Origin: an uncultured Alphaproteobacteria bacterium
Lineage (GTDB): Bacteria; Pseudomonadota; Alphaproteobacteria; RF32; CAG-239
NCBI GenBank assembly: GCA_944393665.1
Contig: CALYAX010000006.1
Coordinates: 11,780-75,779, forward strand
Reading direction: 5' to 3'
Length of the DNA stretch: 64,000 nucleotides
Shown: in pieces, positions 19,751-29,116 of the stretch
Position numbering within the stretch: position 1 is the stretch's first letter
Layout: each line of letters starts with the position of its first letter
The notes under the pieces: generated by a model
Seen by the model: only the letters and a program-made list of their open reading frames with translations
Databases searched by the model: none
Told to the model about the DNA's origin: nothing
Made by a program: the position numbers and the translations under genes

Positions 19751-20542
19751 ATGGTTATTAATAAACATAAAGATATCATTATAAATAAATATTCAAATTA
19801 TGATGAAGATAACCGTTTGGTTCGTAACCGTGGTCATAATTTAGAATATTTAACCACCATGCATTATATTCAAAAATTCCTAAAACCCGGACATAAAATA
19901 TTAGAAATTGGTGCGGCAACCGGGCGTTATTCCATTACTTTGGCTAAAATGGGCTATGATGTTACGGCTGTTGACTTAACCCCTAATCATGTTGAAATAA
20001 TGAAAGCCAAAAAGCATAATATGGAAAATTTTAAATGCATGGTCGCGGATGCTTTGGATTTAGGTATGTTTGAAGACAAAACCTTTGATATGGTATTAAA
20101 TCTAGGACCGATGTATCACCTGTTTAATAAAAAAGACAAGCAACAAGCCGTTAATGAAACCATACGCGTAGCAAAAAAAGGCGGAATATGTATGTTTGCC
20201 TATATTCCCTGCGCATCAATTATGACCGGTTTTGGATTGCTTCATAATGGTGCGGCCCACCTAAACAAATTAATGGATAAAGCCGGCCGCTTTAAAGATG
20301 TTCCTGACGAAGTATTTAATTGCTTTTATATAGAAGATTTCAAGAAACTGTTAGCCAAGACCAATACCAAATATATTACAAATGTAGCAACAGACGGGAT
20401 AGCTTACGTTATGAGAGACTATTTGGAACAATTATCCGAAGAAGGTTATCAAACATATTTAAAATGGCATTTTATTACCTGTGAAAGGCCAGACCAACAA
20501 GGATATAGCGCCCACTTGCTCTATATTTGTAAGAAAAAATAA
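19751..20542 (+). CDS. Class I SAM-dependent methyltransferase
   Basis: ILEIGAATGRYS; FDMVLNLGPMYHL. Confidence 0.9.
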   Translation: MVINKHKDIIINKYSNYDEDNRLVRNRGHNLEYLTTMHYIQKFLKPGHKILEIGAATGRYSITLAKMGYDVTAVDLTPNHVEIMKAKKHNMENFKCMVADALDLGMFEDKTFDMVLNLGPMYHLFNKKDKQQAVNETIRVAKKGGICMFAYIPCASIMTGFGLLHNGAAHLNKLMDKAGRFKDVPDEVFNCFYIEDFKKLLAKTNTKYITNVATDGIAYVMRDYLEQLSEEGYQTYLKWHFITCERPDQQGYSAHLLYICKKK

Positions 20543-20565
20543 ATCATAATTTCACAAAGTAACAC

Positions 20566-20630
20566 AACTCGTAAACCGCGGGTTAATTATCGCCAGTACA
20601 AAACAGCACTCTTTTAAGGGGGCTGTTTTT
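20566..20630 (+). repeat. Cassette boundary module copy 4 (partial: arm, tail and terminator only)
   Basis: AACTCG-N18-TCGCCAGT-AC-AAAACAGC..GCTGTTTT; lacks the 52-bp inverted repeat. Confidence 0.75.
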
Positions 20631-20748
20631 GCATTTAAACCAAAATATTATGTGAGGTTTGGCGTTCTGTTTTTAATTGACAATTCAAAATAATAACTTT
20701 ATAAAATAGTCAAATATTGGACTATAATGCAATTATCAAAGGAAATAA

Positions 20749-21201
20749 ATGAAACGAGAAAGTGTCAGAGCGTATGTCAATCAATATTGCCATTTAAGAG
20801 ACGTGCAATATGCGGCGTATAGCCAATGTGCACGCCGGCATAAATTAACAACTAATGAATTGTTTGTTTTGGATATAATCTGGTTTTCGGCAGAGGGGTG
20901 TTTGCAATCGTCTATTTGCGAACGGATGTCGGCAACCAAGCAGACAATCAGCGCAATTATCAAAAAGTTCTCAAAACTGGGATATTTGAGTTTAACAGAA
21001 GCAACAGATGACCGCAGGAACAAGGTTATTCACTTTACACCTGCCGGTTATGAGTATGCGGCTAAAATTATTCCTCCGGCGGCTGATGCTGAAATTGAGG
21101 CCATGGCGGAACTGGCTGACAGAGAAAACATTGCCGAACTTATACGCCTTACAAAATTATTTTCAGATTTGATGAAAGAAAAATTTAACAATCTTAAATA
21201 A
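20749..21201 (+). CDS. MarR-family regulator
   Basis: Q..I......KQTIS..IK.....GY......DRRNK.I.FT..G. Confidence 0.88.
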   Translation: MKRESVRAYVNQYCHLRDVQYAAYSQCARRHKLTTNELFVLDIIWFSAEGCLQSSICERMSATKQTISAIIKKFSKLGYLSLTEATDDRRNKVIHFTPAGYEYAAKIIPPAADAEIEAMAELADRENIAELIRLTKLFSDLMKEKFNNLK

Positions 21202-21214
21202 AAGGGGATTAGAA

Positions 21215-21838
21215 ATGGAACTTTATGAAGCAATTAACAGACGCAGAACAATTCGTGATTTTGAAGACAGAATCATTGATATGGATATTGTAAAGAAAAT
21301 TCTTTCAGCAGGATTAAAAGCTCCGACAAACAATCATCTGAGAGAATGGGAGTTTGTCATTGTCAATGACAAAAAAGAACGCTCAAAAGTCCTTAATTTG
21401 AAAGACATGACCAACCCTGACGAATGTGATAAAATGTTGGACGGTTTTGGAATGACTGATACTGATCAACGGGGGATGTATCATATTGCAATGCCGAAAC
21501 AATTTTCAATGCTTTATAATTCCGGCTGCCTGATTTTACCATTTTTCAAGATGAGAGAACCCTTATTAAAACCGACATCTTTAAGTTCACTCAACGAATT
21601 TGCCTCGATTTGGCTTTGTATAGAAAATATACTTTTGGCGGCAGCGGCCGAAGGAATTTTTGGCGTAACACGTATTCCGATGACAGAAGAACTCGAGCAC
21701 ATAAAAAAAACCGTTTTACACCCGGACGACTATGCTATGCCTTGTTATATCGCTTTAGGATATCCGAGCAATAATGCTAAAATACCCGTGCAAAAAGTTA
21801 TTAATGTCGAAGACAGAATGCATTTTAATCAATGGTAA
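21215..21838 (+). CDS. Nitroreductase-family protein
   Basis: RRTIRDF, APT..H.REWEF, ENILLAA.AEG, IALGYP. Confidence 0.9.
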   Translation: MELYEAINRRRTIRDFEDRIIDMDIVKKILSAGLKAPTNNHLREWEFVIVNDKKERSKVLNLKDMTNPDECDKMLDGFGMTDTDQRGMYHIAMPKQFSMLYNSGCLILPFFKMREPLLKPTSLSSLNEFASIWLCIENILLAAAAEGIFGVTRIPMTEELEHIKKTVLHPDDYAMPCYIALGYPSNNAKIPVQKVINVEDRMHFNQW

Positions 21839-21850
21839 AACTTTTCAGCA

Positions 21851-21883
21851 AAAAAACGGCAGTGATAAAAACTGCCGTTTTTT
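21851..21883. terminator. Bidirectional intrinsic terminator
   Basis: AAAAAACGGCAGT-loop-ACTGCCGTTTTTT between convergent genes. Confidence 0.85.
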
Positions 21884-21927
21884 GATAAGCTAATCATTTT
21901 TTAAGATTAACATTTTCGGGGAGTTTT

Positions 21928-22746
21928 TTAAAACGGAGCCGCATATTGTATGATATCCAGGGCGATTGATTTTGCATAACGGCTTGCCTGATAACGATAA
22001 TCTTCAATTTTATTTTCCTGATCGGCCAGCCGTACTGCAAAAAAGATCTTTTGTGAATTGCGTTCATAAAAACCGATAAACCAGGCGTCTTGAACGAGAT
22101 TATTCTTTATTCCGAGTCCTGTTTTGCCGTAAACTTTCAGGACTGATGTTTCAACCAGCATTATTTTTTTCAACGTTTCGGTTATCTGATTTTCCCCCTC
22201 AAATATTTTTGCAAGGACATTAACCTGCTCTACCGGAGAAATCTGCAAAGATGATTCAATCCAAAAACCTTTCAGTTCTGCCTGATCTGTATTCGTATTC
22301 AATGTCCCTTGCCAATCTGACACATCATGATTTCCATACTGATATTTTTGCAAATATTTTTCTACCGTTTCCGGCGGAATCTTATCTATCAGCGCACGAA
22401 AATACCAGACACAAGAACTTTTGAAAGCTTCCGTCAAATTCATATCTTTGTTCCACAACGGATAGCCGTAAGTTTTCCGGTTCCACTTCATATCTGAATT
22501 TTGCAGCGTAATAATCTGTTCTGATAACGCGATGAAAGAGGAAATAATCTTAAATGTGGAGCAAGGAGAAGAGCGCTTCCGACTTAAAGGGACATTATAA
22601 ATTTTATATTCATTCCCTGCAGGATTAAAAAATACAGCAGTTCCCTGAATATTTTTAAAATATTCCGCAACGTTTATTTCGGTGATTTTTTTATCATCAC
22701 ACGAAAACAGTAAAAATATTAAAACAACTAACCGGAGTAACTTCAT
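21928..22746 (-). CDS. Class D beta-lactamase-like (OXA/YbxI/BlaR sensor fold) lipoprotein
   Basis: STFK, SCV, YGN and KTG motifs; LLFSC lipobox. Confidence 0.8.
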   Translation of the reverse strand: MKLLRLVVLIFLLFSCDDKKITEINVAEYFKNIQGTAVFFNPAGNEYKIYNVPLSRKRSSPCSTFKIISSFIALSEQIITLQNSDMKWNRKTYGYPLWNKDMNLTEAFKSSCVWYFRALIDKIPPETVEKYLQKYQYGNHDVSDWQGTLNTNTDQAELKGFWIESSLQISPVEQVNVLAKIFEGENQITETLKKIMLVETSVLKVYGKTGLGIKNNLVQDAWFIGFYERNSQKIFFAVRLADQENKIEDYRYQASRYAKSIALDIIQYAAPF

Positions 22747-22894
22747 TACGCTTCATCTCTGTTCTGCTTTATGGCAGATATTAGATTAGATCGTTTTTTC
22801 AGTCAACAGAGTTTCAGCTTGTCACTTTGGGAAAACGGCTTGCGCATACTGGGTATTTTGTACGACAATTTTAACAGCCATATTTCTCAACTCA

Positions 22895-23383
22895 TTAAAC
22901 AAGCGAAGCGATTTGAAAACGCAATACTTTTTGCAGCTCTGCCAAGGCGATTTCAACCTGGCAGCCGATTTTTCCGGCACTGAATATAATGGTTGGAAAG
23001 TTTTCCGCACCAGAATCGATTGTGACCATAAACTGTTTTTTCATGCCTAAAGGAGAACAACCGCCGTGAACATAGCCGGTGAGCGGGAAAAGTTCCTTCT
23101 GTTTTATCATTTCAATATTTTTCTCTCCGACGGCAGCGGCAGCTTTTTTCAAATCCAATTCACAGCAGACCGGAAGCATGAAAACATAATGATTTTTTGT
23201 TTTGCCCACTGTTACCAGAGTTTTAAAAACCTGCAGGGGATTTTGCCCCAGAGCGGCGGCAATTTCCTCACCGTTAGTAACCGGCCGGTCCGAATAATCA
23301 TAAGTCCGGTAATTTAATTTCTGCCTGTCAAACAGGCGCATAACATTAGTTTTAACTTCCACGGTCTTTTCCTCCGTTTTCAA
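22895..23383 (-). CDS. ybaK: Cys-tRNA(Pro) deacylase YbaK
   Basis: KTNVMR, VFKTLV, TGYVHGGCSPLGMKK, SAGKIG; TTG start inferred. Confidence 0.85.
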   Translation of the reverse strand: MKTEEKTVEVKTNVMRLFDRQKLNYRTYDYSDRPVTNGEEIAAALGQNPLQVFKTLVTVGKTKNHYVFMLPVCCELDLKKAAAAVGEKNIEMIKQKELFPLTGYVHGGCSPLGMKKQFMVTIDSGAENFPTIIFSAGKIGCQVEIALAELQKVLRFQIASLV

Positions 23384-23489
23384 ATTAAATCCGCCTAACG
23401 CATAATGCAAGAACAAAAATTTATCCCCTTGAAACAAACTAGGTTTTCAATTATAGTTCGGTTATATTTATTAAAGGAAAGCAGGAACA

Positions 23490-24455
23490 ATGGCGGCAGA
23501 GATTTCGGTTATCATCCCGGTATGGAACGGTGAAACATATGTTACCGACGGTTTGACAAGTGTGTTTAAGCAGAGTTTTTCCGATTTGGAGATTATTGCC
23601 GTTAATGACGGCAGCACTGACAAAACCGCGCAGATACTTGAGCAGCTGGCTGCTCGGGAACCGCGGCTGAAAGTTCTGCATCAGCCCAATCAGGGTGCAG
23701 CGGCAGCACGCAATTATGGCCTGGACAATGCCGGCGGAAAATATGTCTTTTTTCTGGACAGCGACGATTATTTACATCCCCAGGCCTTGGAAATTCTTCA
23801 TGACATCATGATCAGATTTAAAGTCCCCGCCGTTGAATGCCGGTTTCTGGATATTGAGGACAGGGCCGACCTTGTTCAAACCTCACCGCTCAGTTCCGCA
23901 AACTGCCAGTTGATCGAGGCGCCGCTAGCCTCTCTGTTGGAAAGAAGCAAAAAATTCACCCCGACAATCTGGAATAAATTATATCTGCGTTCAGCTATCG
24001 GGGATTTGCGTTTTCCGCCGTGCCGGATTTTTGAAGATGCGGCTTTTGCTGTTTGTCTGAGTGCCAAAATCAAGACAGCTGCTTTTACCGGCCTGCCGCT
24101 GATTCATTATTATGTCGGCAACACATCGCTGACGAGGGGAAAATTTAAAGCAGAAAATCTGGAGGCTTATGACCGGGGTTTCCGCTATATAACCCAATTT
24201 TTCAGCACTCATTTTCCGGATTTGCTGTCCCAAGTCAGACGGCGCTATATCAGCTGGTATGTGCGCGTGATGATTAATGCCGTCAGGAAAAGCCGCGGCA
24301 AACAGGATGACTATCCGGAACTGGAGCGCAAACTTTCCCGCCATATATACCAGCTTTTTCATGACGGCATTATCGGGCTGTGCGGGCTGACCTGGAGCAA
24401 GAAACTGCAATTCATAAAGTTTTTAATTAAAGGAAAATATTATGGAAAAAATTAA
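23490..24455 (+). CDS. Glycosyltransferase family 2
   Basis: ISVIIPVWN, VNDGSTD, ARNYG, FLDSDD. Confidence 0.92.
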   Translation: MAAEISVIIPVWNGETYVTDGLTSVFKQSFSDLEIIAVNDGSTDKTAQILEQLAAREPRLKVLHQPNQGAAAARNYGLDNAGGKYVFFLDSDDYLHPQALEILHDIMIRFKVPAVECRFLDIEDRADLVQTSPLSSANCQLIEAPLASLLERSKKFTPTIWNKLYLRSAIGDLRFPPCRIFEDAAFAVCLSAKIKTAAFTGLPLIHYYVGNTSLTRGKFKAENLEAYDRGFRYITQFFSTHFPDLLSQVRRRYISWYVRVMINAVRKSRGKQDDYPELERKLSRHIYQLFHDGIIGLCGLTWSKKLQFIKFLIKGKYYGKN

Positions 24456-25497
24456 ACCGGCTTTTAAGCAAAATAAAACCGTTATTGTTTTTTCAATCGA
24501 CAATGCTTATGTGCCTTATCTGGGCGCCGCCCTCACCTCTTTGGCGGATAACAGCAAAGCTGGCAAATTTTATGACATTGTCATTTTTATCGAAAAGATT
24601 TCCGAGACCAACCGCCGTACCCTGCTGGATATTTTCAAGGGCCGGGAAAATTTCTCGCTGCGCTTTTTCGACATTACAAGTTATGTCCAGCAGCACCGGG
24701 AAACATTGTATGTCAATTCCTATTTTACGATTGCCATTTACTACCGTATTTTTATTCCGGAAATATTCAGCGCTTTTGACCGCGCGCTTTATCTGGACAG
24801 CGACATGATTTTTAATGCCGACCTAGCCGAGCTGGCAGAAACCGATCTGGAAGGAAAACTTCTGGCAGCCGTTAACGATTTTGGCGTCCTGCCGGAATAC
24901 AAGCAGAAAAACAATCATTTTTATAAGTATATCGAACAGGAATTGAAAATGAAAGATTACCGGCATTATTTTAATTCCGGTATGCTGGTTATGGATGTTC
25001 AAAAATTGAAAAATATGGATATCACTCAAAAATGCCTGACAAAAATGAAAGAACTTCCTGACCTCAAATTTCCCGATCAGGATCTCTTGAACGTGATGTT
25101 TGAAGGACAAGTGAAATATCTTGATAAGAACTGGAACTTTCAGAGCGGCAGCCTGATTAACTCTCCGGAACAGATTCCCGAAGGCCTGTGCCCGCAGATT
25201 ATCCACTATACCTCTGAATTTAAGCCCTGGAACACACCGGATATTCCGCTGGCGGTTTTGTTCTGGCGCTATGCCCGCAAATGCGATTTTTATGAGCAGA
25301 TTATTTATTTAAACACCCGCGAACTGGCTTTGCAAGGCCTGAAACTGGCAATGCGCCGTTTTCAGATTAATTGCCGTTATTTTGCGGCCAAACTGGGCTG
25401 CCTGGTCACGCAGGGAAAACTCTATGACAAAATAAACCGCCTGAAAAAGCAGTATAAGAACCAGCTTAAAAAGGTTAAAAAACTTTTATCCCTCTGA
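24442..25497 (+). CDS. Glycosyltransferase family 8
   Basis: LYLDSD, YFNSGML, DQDLLN, IIHYT..KPW. Confidence 0.92.
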   Translation: MEKIKPAFKQNKTVIVFSIDNAYVPYLGAALTSLADNSKAGKFYDIVIFIEKISETNRRTLLDIFKGRENFSLRFFDITSYVQQHRETLYVNSYFTIAIYYRIFIPEIFSAFDRALYLDSDMIFNADLAELAETDLEGKLLAAVNDFGVLPEYKQKNNHFYKYIEQELKMKDYRHYFNSGMLVMDVQKLKNMDITQKCLTKMKELPDLKFPDQDLLNVMFEGQVKYLDKNWNFQSGSLINSPEQIPEGLCPQIIHYTSEFKPWNTPDIPLAVLFWRYARKCDFYEQIIYLNTRELALQGLKLAMRRFQINCRYFAAKLGCLVTQGKLYDKINRLKKQYKNQLKKVKKLLSL

Positions 25498-25626
25498 GAT
25501 TGCGGAAAGCAGCAAAAAACAGGCATCATTTCAGGCTGCGTATAAAACTGAAAAAATCCCTTTGACTGCCGGAGCAGATCAAAGGGATTAAATTCATTCT
25601 TCATCCGGGCGGGACGTTTTCTCAGC

Positions 25627-26298
25627 TTATTTTGACAACGGAACCGGAAAAACGCGGACATTGTATTTCAAATCCACTTTTATTTCCGCTGCAGCCTGGG
25701 AAGCGCAGACCTCCATGGCGAGTTCATCAAACGGATCCCCAAATAAAAAATATTTAACAACCTGCGGATAAAGCTTGTGTTCTACCACCAGGCCAATCCG
25801 GCGCAGCGTGTCGGCACATTCCTCCGGGGTTCCGCTTTCATAAACCTTTTGAGGTATTCTGAAAGCCATCTGGGCAATGACCGGGCCGGCATCAACATCG
25901 GCGGTTACATGGTGCACGGTGCAGCCGGACAAAGTATCCCCGTGGGTAATCGCGTCCAAATAACCATCTTCCGACCCCTGATACTTAGGCAGCAAAGACG
26001 GATGAATATTAATGACCGGATACTCCAAGGCATTAATAATTTCCGGCGGTATAACCCGCATATATCCGGCAAGAACGATTAAATCGTATTTATTTTCAGC
26101 CAGATGTTTTTCCAGAGCCGAAAAATCTGTTCCCGGAGAGGGAAGATAAGCAACCGGCACATTTAGCTTACGCTGCCAGATTCCGGCATTTTTGCGGTTA
26201 CAGCCAATTGTGATTTCAACTTCCCTGCCTTCCAGCTCTTTCACAATTGCCGCAGCATTGGAACCGGAGCCGGACACTAAAATTAAAAGCTTTTTCAT
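25627..26298 (-). CDS. purN: Phosphoribosylglycinamide formyltransferase
   Basis: SGSGSN, LAGYMR, INIHPSLLP, GCTVH.V...D.GP. Confidence 0.9.
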   Translation of the reverse strand: MKKLLILVSGSGSNAAAIVKELEGREVEITIGCNRKNAGIWQRKLNVPVAYLPSPGTDFSALEKHLAENKYDLIVLAGYMRVIPPEIINALEYPVINIHPSLLPKYQGSEDGYLDAITHGDTLSGCTVHHVTADVDAGPVIAQMAFRIPQKVYESGTPEECADTLRRIGLVVEHKLYPQVVKYFLFGDPFDELAMEVCASQAAAEIKVDLKYNVRVFPVPLSK

Positions 26299-26421
26299 AA
26301 TGAATATGTTTTTAGTTTATAAATTATAATTTTTGTCTTTTTTGTTTATCACGCCGGAGAATATTTGGCAAGAAATTTTTAAACAGCAAAAAATAAAGCG
26401 CCCGGAAGGACGCTTTATAAC

Positions 26422-27201
26422 TTACTGTAACAGCTCATTTTTGATTAGAAAATCAATAATCTGCCGCCCGGGCTCAATAAAGTTGAGTTTTCTGAGTTCT
26501 TTCACCCCGGCCCAGGTTACATCGCTGTGGGCGTTGCCGGGAGAAATCTCCTTATCCGGACTGTCAGCCAGAACGGCAAAGACGGTGTAGATTTTTTCCT
26601 CATTATGGCTGATGACGTTTAACAGCTGCTTTTTAGGAAAAATCCGGCAGTTAAGCTCTTCCATCATTTCGCGGACAACCGCCTGTTCCGGTTTTTCGCC
26701 TTTTTCAATTTTACCGCCGGGAAATTCCCACAAACCGGCATAACTCTTATCAGCCGCTCGGCGGGCAACCAAAACCTTGCCGGCGCGGATAATGACAGCT
26801 ACGGCGACTCTTGAAATCCGTTTCACCGGCCAGACCTGCCGGGCGCGGCGGAACGATTTTCGGGACCTGCGGGTGGGCAACAGCTTGTAATTGATGATAT
26901 CGCCCACTTTTATTTCTCTGGCCAGTTTAGCCGCGGAAATATATATTTTTTCGCCATTTTCGAGGAGAAAAAACCAAAAATCCTGATAATGCGCCGGCGT
27001 CAGAAACGAAGTTTCGCCAAACAGAGCCGTGTTGATGTTCCGGGGAAATTTTTTAATTGCGGCAACCGTTGACTGGCGGCGGCCAAGGAAATTAAAGAAA
27101 TTGCTCAAAAAATCAAGCACCGGGTTCTGAAAAGCCAAATAAATTATCGCAAGGATCAGAATTCCTATCAGGCCCTTGCAGAGAAGCGTAATAATGTCCA
27201 T
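26422..27201 (-). CDS. MutT-like NUDIX hydrolase with N-terminal membrane extension
   Basis: WEFPGGKIEKGE......REMMEEL Nudix box; hydrophobic N-terminus. Confidence 0.8.
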   Translation of the reverse strand: MDIITLLCKGLIGILILAIIYLAFQNPVLDFLSNFFNFLGRRQSTVAAIKKFPRNINTALFGETSFLTPAHYQDFWFFLLENGEKIYISAAKLAREIKVGDIINYKLLPTRRSRKSFRRARQVWPVKRISRVAVAVIIRAGKVLVARRAADKSYAGLWEFPGGKIEKGEKPEQAVVREMMEELNCRIFPKKQLLNVISHNEEKIYTVFAVLADSPDKEISPGNAHSDVTWAGVKELRKLNFIEPGRQIIDFLIKNELLQ

Positions 27202-27324
27202 AATATTCGTTTTTAATTTTAATTTGGACAGAATTGTATAAGAAAACCAAGGCCTTGGCAAGCCAAAAATTTCAATTTACAAATTCGGCGCAGGTGATTA
27301 TCCTGTCCGGGAAGGAGAATAAAG

Positions 27325-27795
27325 ATGAGTATTGAAAAAGTCCGGCAATATCTGCAGCCTTACGGCCTGGAAAACCAAATCCGCGAATTTGACACCTCAA
27401 GCGCCACGGTTGAGCTGGCGGCGCAGGCCTTGGGCGTGGAAGCGGGGCGGATTGCCAAAACGCTGTCTTTTAAATCGGCAGCCGGAGCCATTATCGTGGT
27501 GACGGCGGGCGACACCAAAATCGACAATGCCAAATATAAGGCGCAATTCGGGCTCAAGGCCAAGATGCTGACTGCCGAAGAAGCACTGGACTGCACCGGG
27601 CATGCCGTCGGCGGGGTCTGCCCTTTCGGAATTGACGGAACCCGGGCGGAAATATTTTTGGATAATTCGCTGAAGCGGTTTAACACGGTTTTTCCGGCCT
27701 GCGGGTCAGCGAACTCGGCGATTGAGCTGACGCCTGACAAACTGGCGGAAATTGTGCCGCTGAAAAGCTGGGTTGATGTCAGCAAACCGATATAA
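27325..27795 (+). CDS. YbaK/EbsC (ProX-like) editing domain protein
   Basis: SSATVELAA, IAKTLSF, TGHAVGGVCPFG, PACGS. Confidence 0.88.
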   Translation: MSIEKVRQYLQPYGLENQIREFDTSSATVELAAQALGVEAGRIAKTLSFKSAAGAIIVVTAGDTKIDNAKYKAQFGLKAKMLTAEEALDCTGHAVGGVCPFGIDGTRAEIFLDNSLKRFNTVFPACGSANSAIELTPDKLAEIVPLKSWVDVSKPI

Positions 27796-27834
27796 AAAAA
27801 GCCCCGGACGGTTAAAACCGACGGGGCTGAAAAA

Positions 27835-28959
27835 TTATAAGACTTCCTCAAGCCGGCGTTTTTTCTTTTTTAATTCCGCAGGTGTCACAAAGCGGAAACA
27901 ATAGATAATATCCTCATCCATTGCAAAAAAAGGCAGCTCCGGCAGCGGAAAATCAGGCTCGACGCAATTAATGACAATGGTTTTGCCACCGTCATTTTTC
28001 CGGAATGTTTCCAGCAAAGCTTCAACCCTTTTAACACTTTCATCCGGATAAATCATATCCAGCTGAAGATTGATGAAGGGGCAGTTTTCTTTGCCTTTAA
28101 TCCCTCCGTCGAGAATGGTCTGGATTATCCCGGAAATATTGCAGAAATCCGCAATATAAAGATCTTCCTGCACTGAGACTCCGTCACAACTTTCGACCAA
28201 ATCCGCAATCAGCTTTTTCCAATACCTGCCGTTAAACCTCTGATCGCACAAAAGCTGGGCAAAGGTGGTTTTGGCGCTGTCGGCGAGATGATATTCCGGG
28301 GCGTGCCTGGCCATTCTGTCAAGCAGAAATATCTTCCAGTCGCTGAGGTGGTATTTGAGCGCGGCGAGAGCTTTTTCCCTGGTTTGGCAGGGATCAACCT
28401 TTTCATTGCCGCGAACCGTCTGCAGATAGTCTTTAAATTTTTCCGGCGCAACGGGCCGAAAAAATATCATCATCTCCACAGAACAACCGGACAGGGAAAA
28501 ATACATATCGGTAAGACCGTCAAGTCCCTCTACTGGCGCGGCCAGCTCCATTATCAAAAAATTAAGGCTCTCATAAAAAACCGAGCGATAAAAGAACTGG
28601 CTGACGGCAAGCGGTTCGCTGCCTTCCGGCACTTCTGGCTCAAACAGCTCCCAGTTCAGGACTGCTCCGGGACGAAAGCGCGGATAACCTCCGGCCATGG
28701 TCACCAGGCACAAAAACTGCGGATTATGTAATAATTCCGCCCACATTTCCGGTTCAACCATTTTTTTGACCGGGCTCAGGGACTGGACAATTTCACAAAC
28801 CAGCTCTTCGCTTATTCCCTCCCCGGTGAGCAAATCAAAAAAACTCAGCTCATACGGGCGGGAAATAAATTTTCTGGTTGATTTGTAAATCAGGTCGGCA
28901 ATTGCGCATTTGCTTTCCTCGAAAGCGAAATTAATGCGCCGGATTTCCTGTGTGTTCAT
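27835..28959 (-). CDS. Hypothetical protein
   Basis: 374 aa ORF, no motif recognised. Confidence 0.65.
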   Translation of the reverse strand: MNTQEIRRINFAFEESKCAIADLIYKSTRKFISRPYELSFFDLLTGEGISEELVCEIVQSLSPVKKMVEPEMWAELLHNPQFLCLVTMAGGYPRFRPGAVLNWELFEPEVPEGSEPLAVSQFFYRSVFYESLNFLIMELAAPVEGLDGLTDMYFSLSGCSVEMMIFFRPVAPEKFKDYLQTVRGNEKVDPCQTREKALAALKYHLSDWKIFLLDRMARHAPEYHLADSAKTTFAQLLCDQRFNGRYWKKLIADLVESCDGVSVQEDLYIADFCNISGIIQTILDGGIKGKENCPFINLQLDMIYPDESVKRVEALLETFRKNDGGKTIVINCVEPDFPLPELPFFAMDEDIIYCFRFVTPAELKKKKRRLEEVL

Positions 28960-29116
28960 AATATATAATTAGATTAGTAATTGACAATTTAAGATTATTT
29001 TGTCTAAATCCTAGCGCATAAAATATTAAAACACAAGAAATTTGTTCGCTGCCTCTTCGCATTTTAAAATTCAGGGATTACTTATAAAGCGGTATGAATA
29101 AGCCAAGCGAGGGAAT

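Noticed and set aside
17521-20630. Classical integron with attC sites, or a CRISPR array
   Set aside because: No tyrosine integron integrase and no RYYYAAC/GTTRRRY boundaries; the repeats contain a tRNA tail and terminator; intervals are gene-sized and cargo lies in both orientations.
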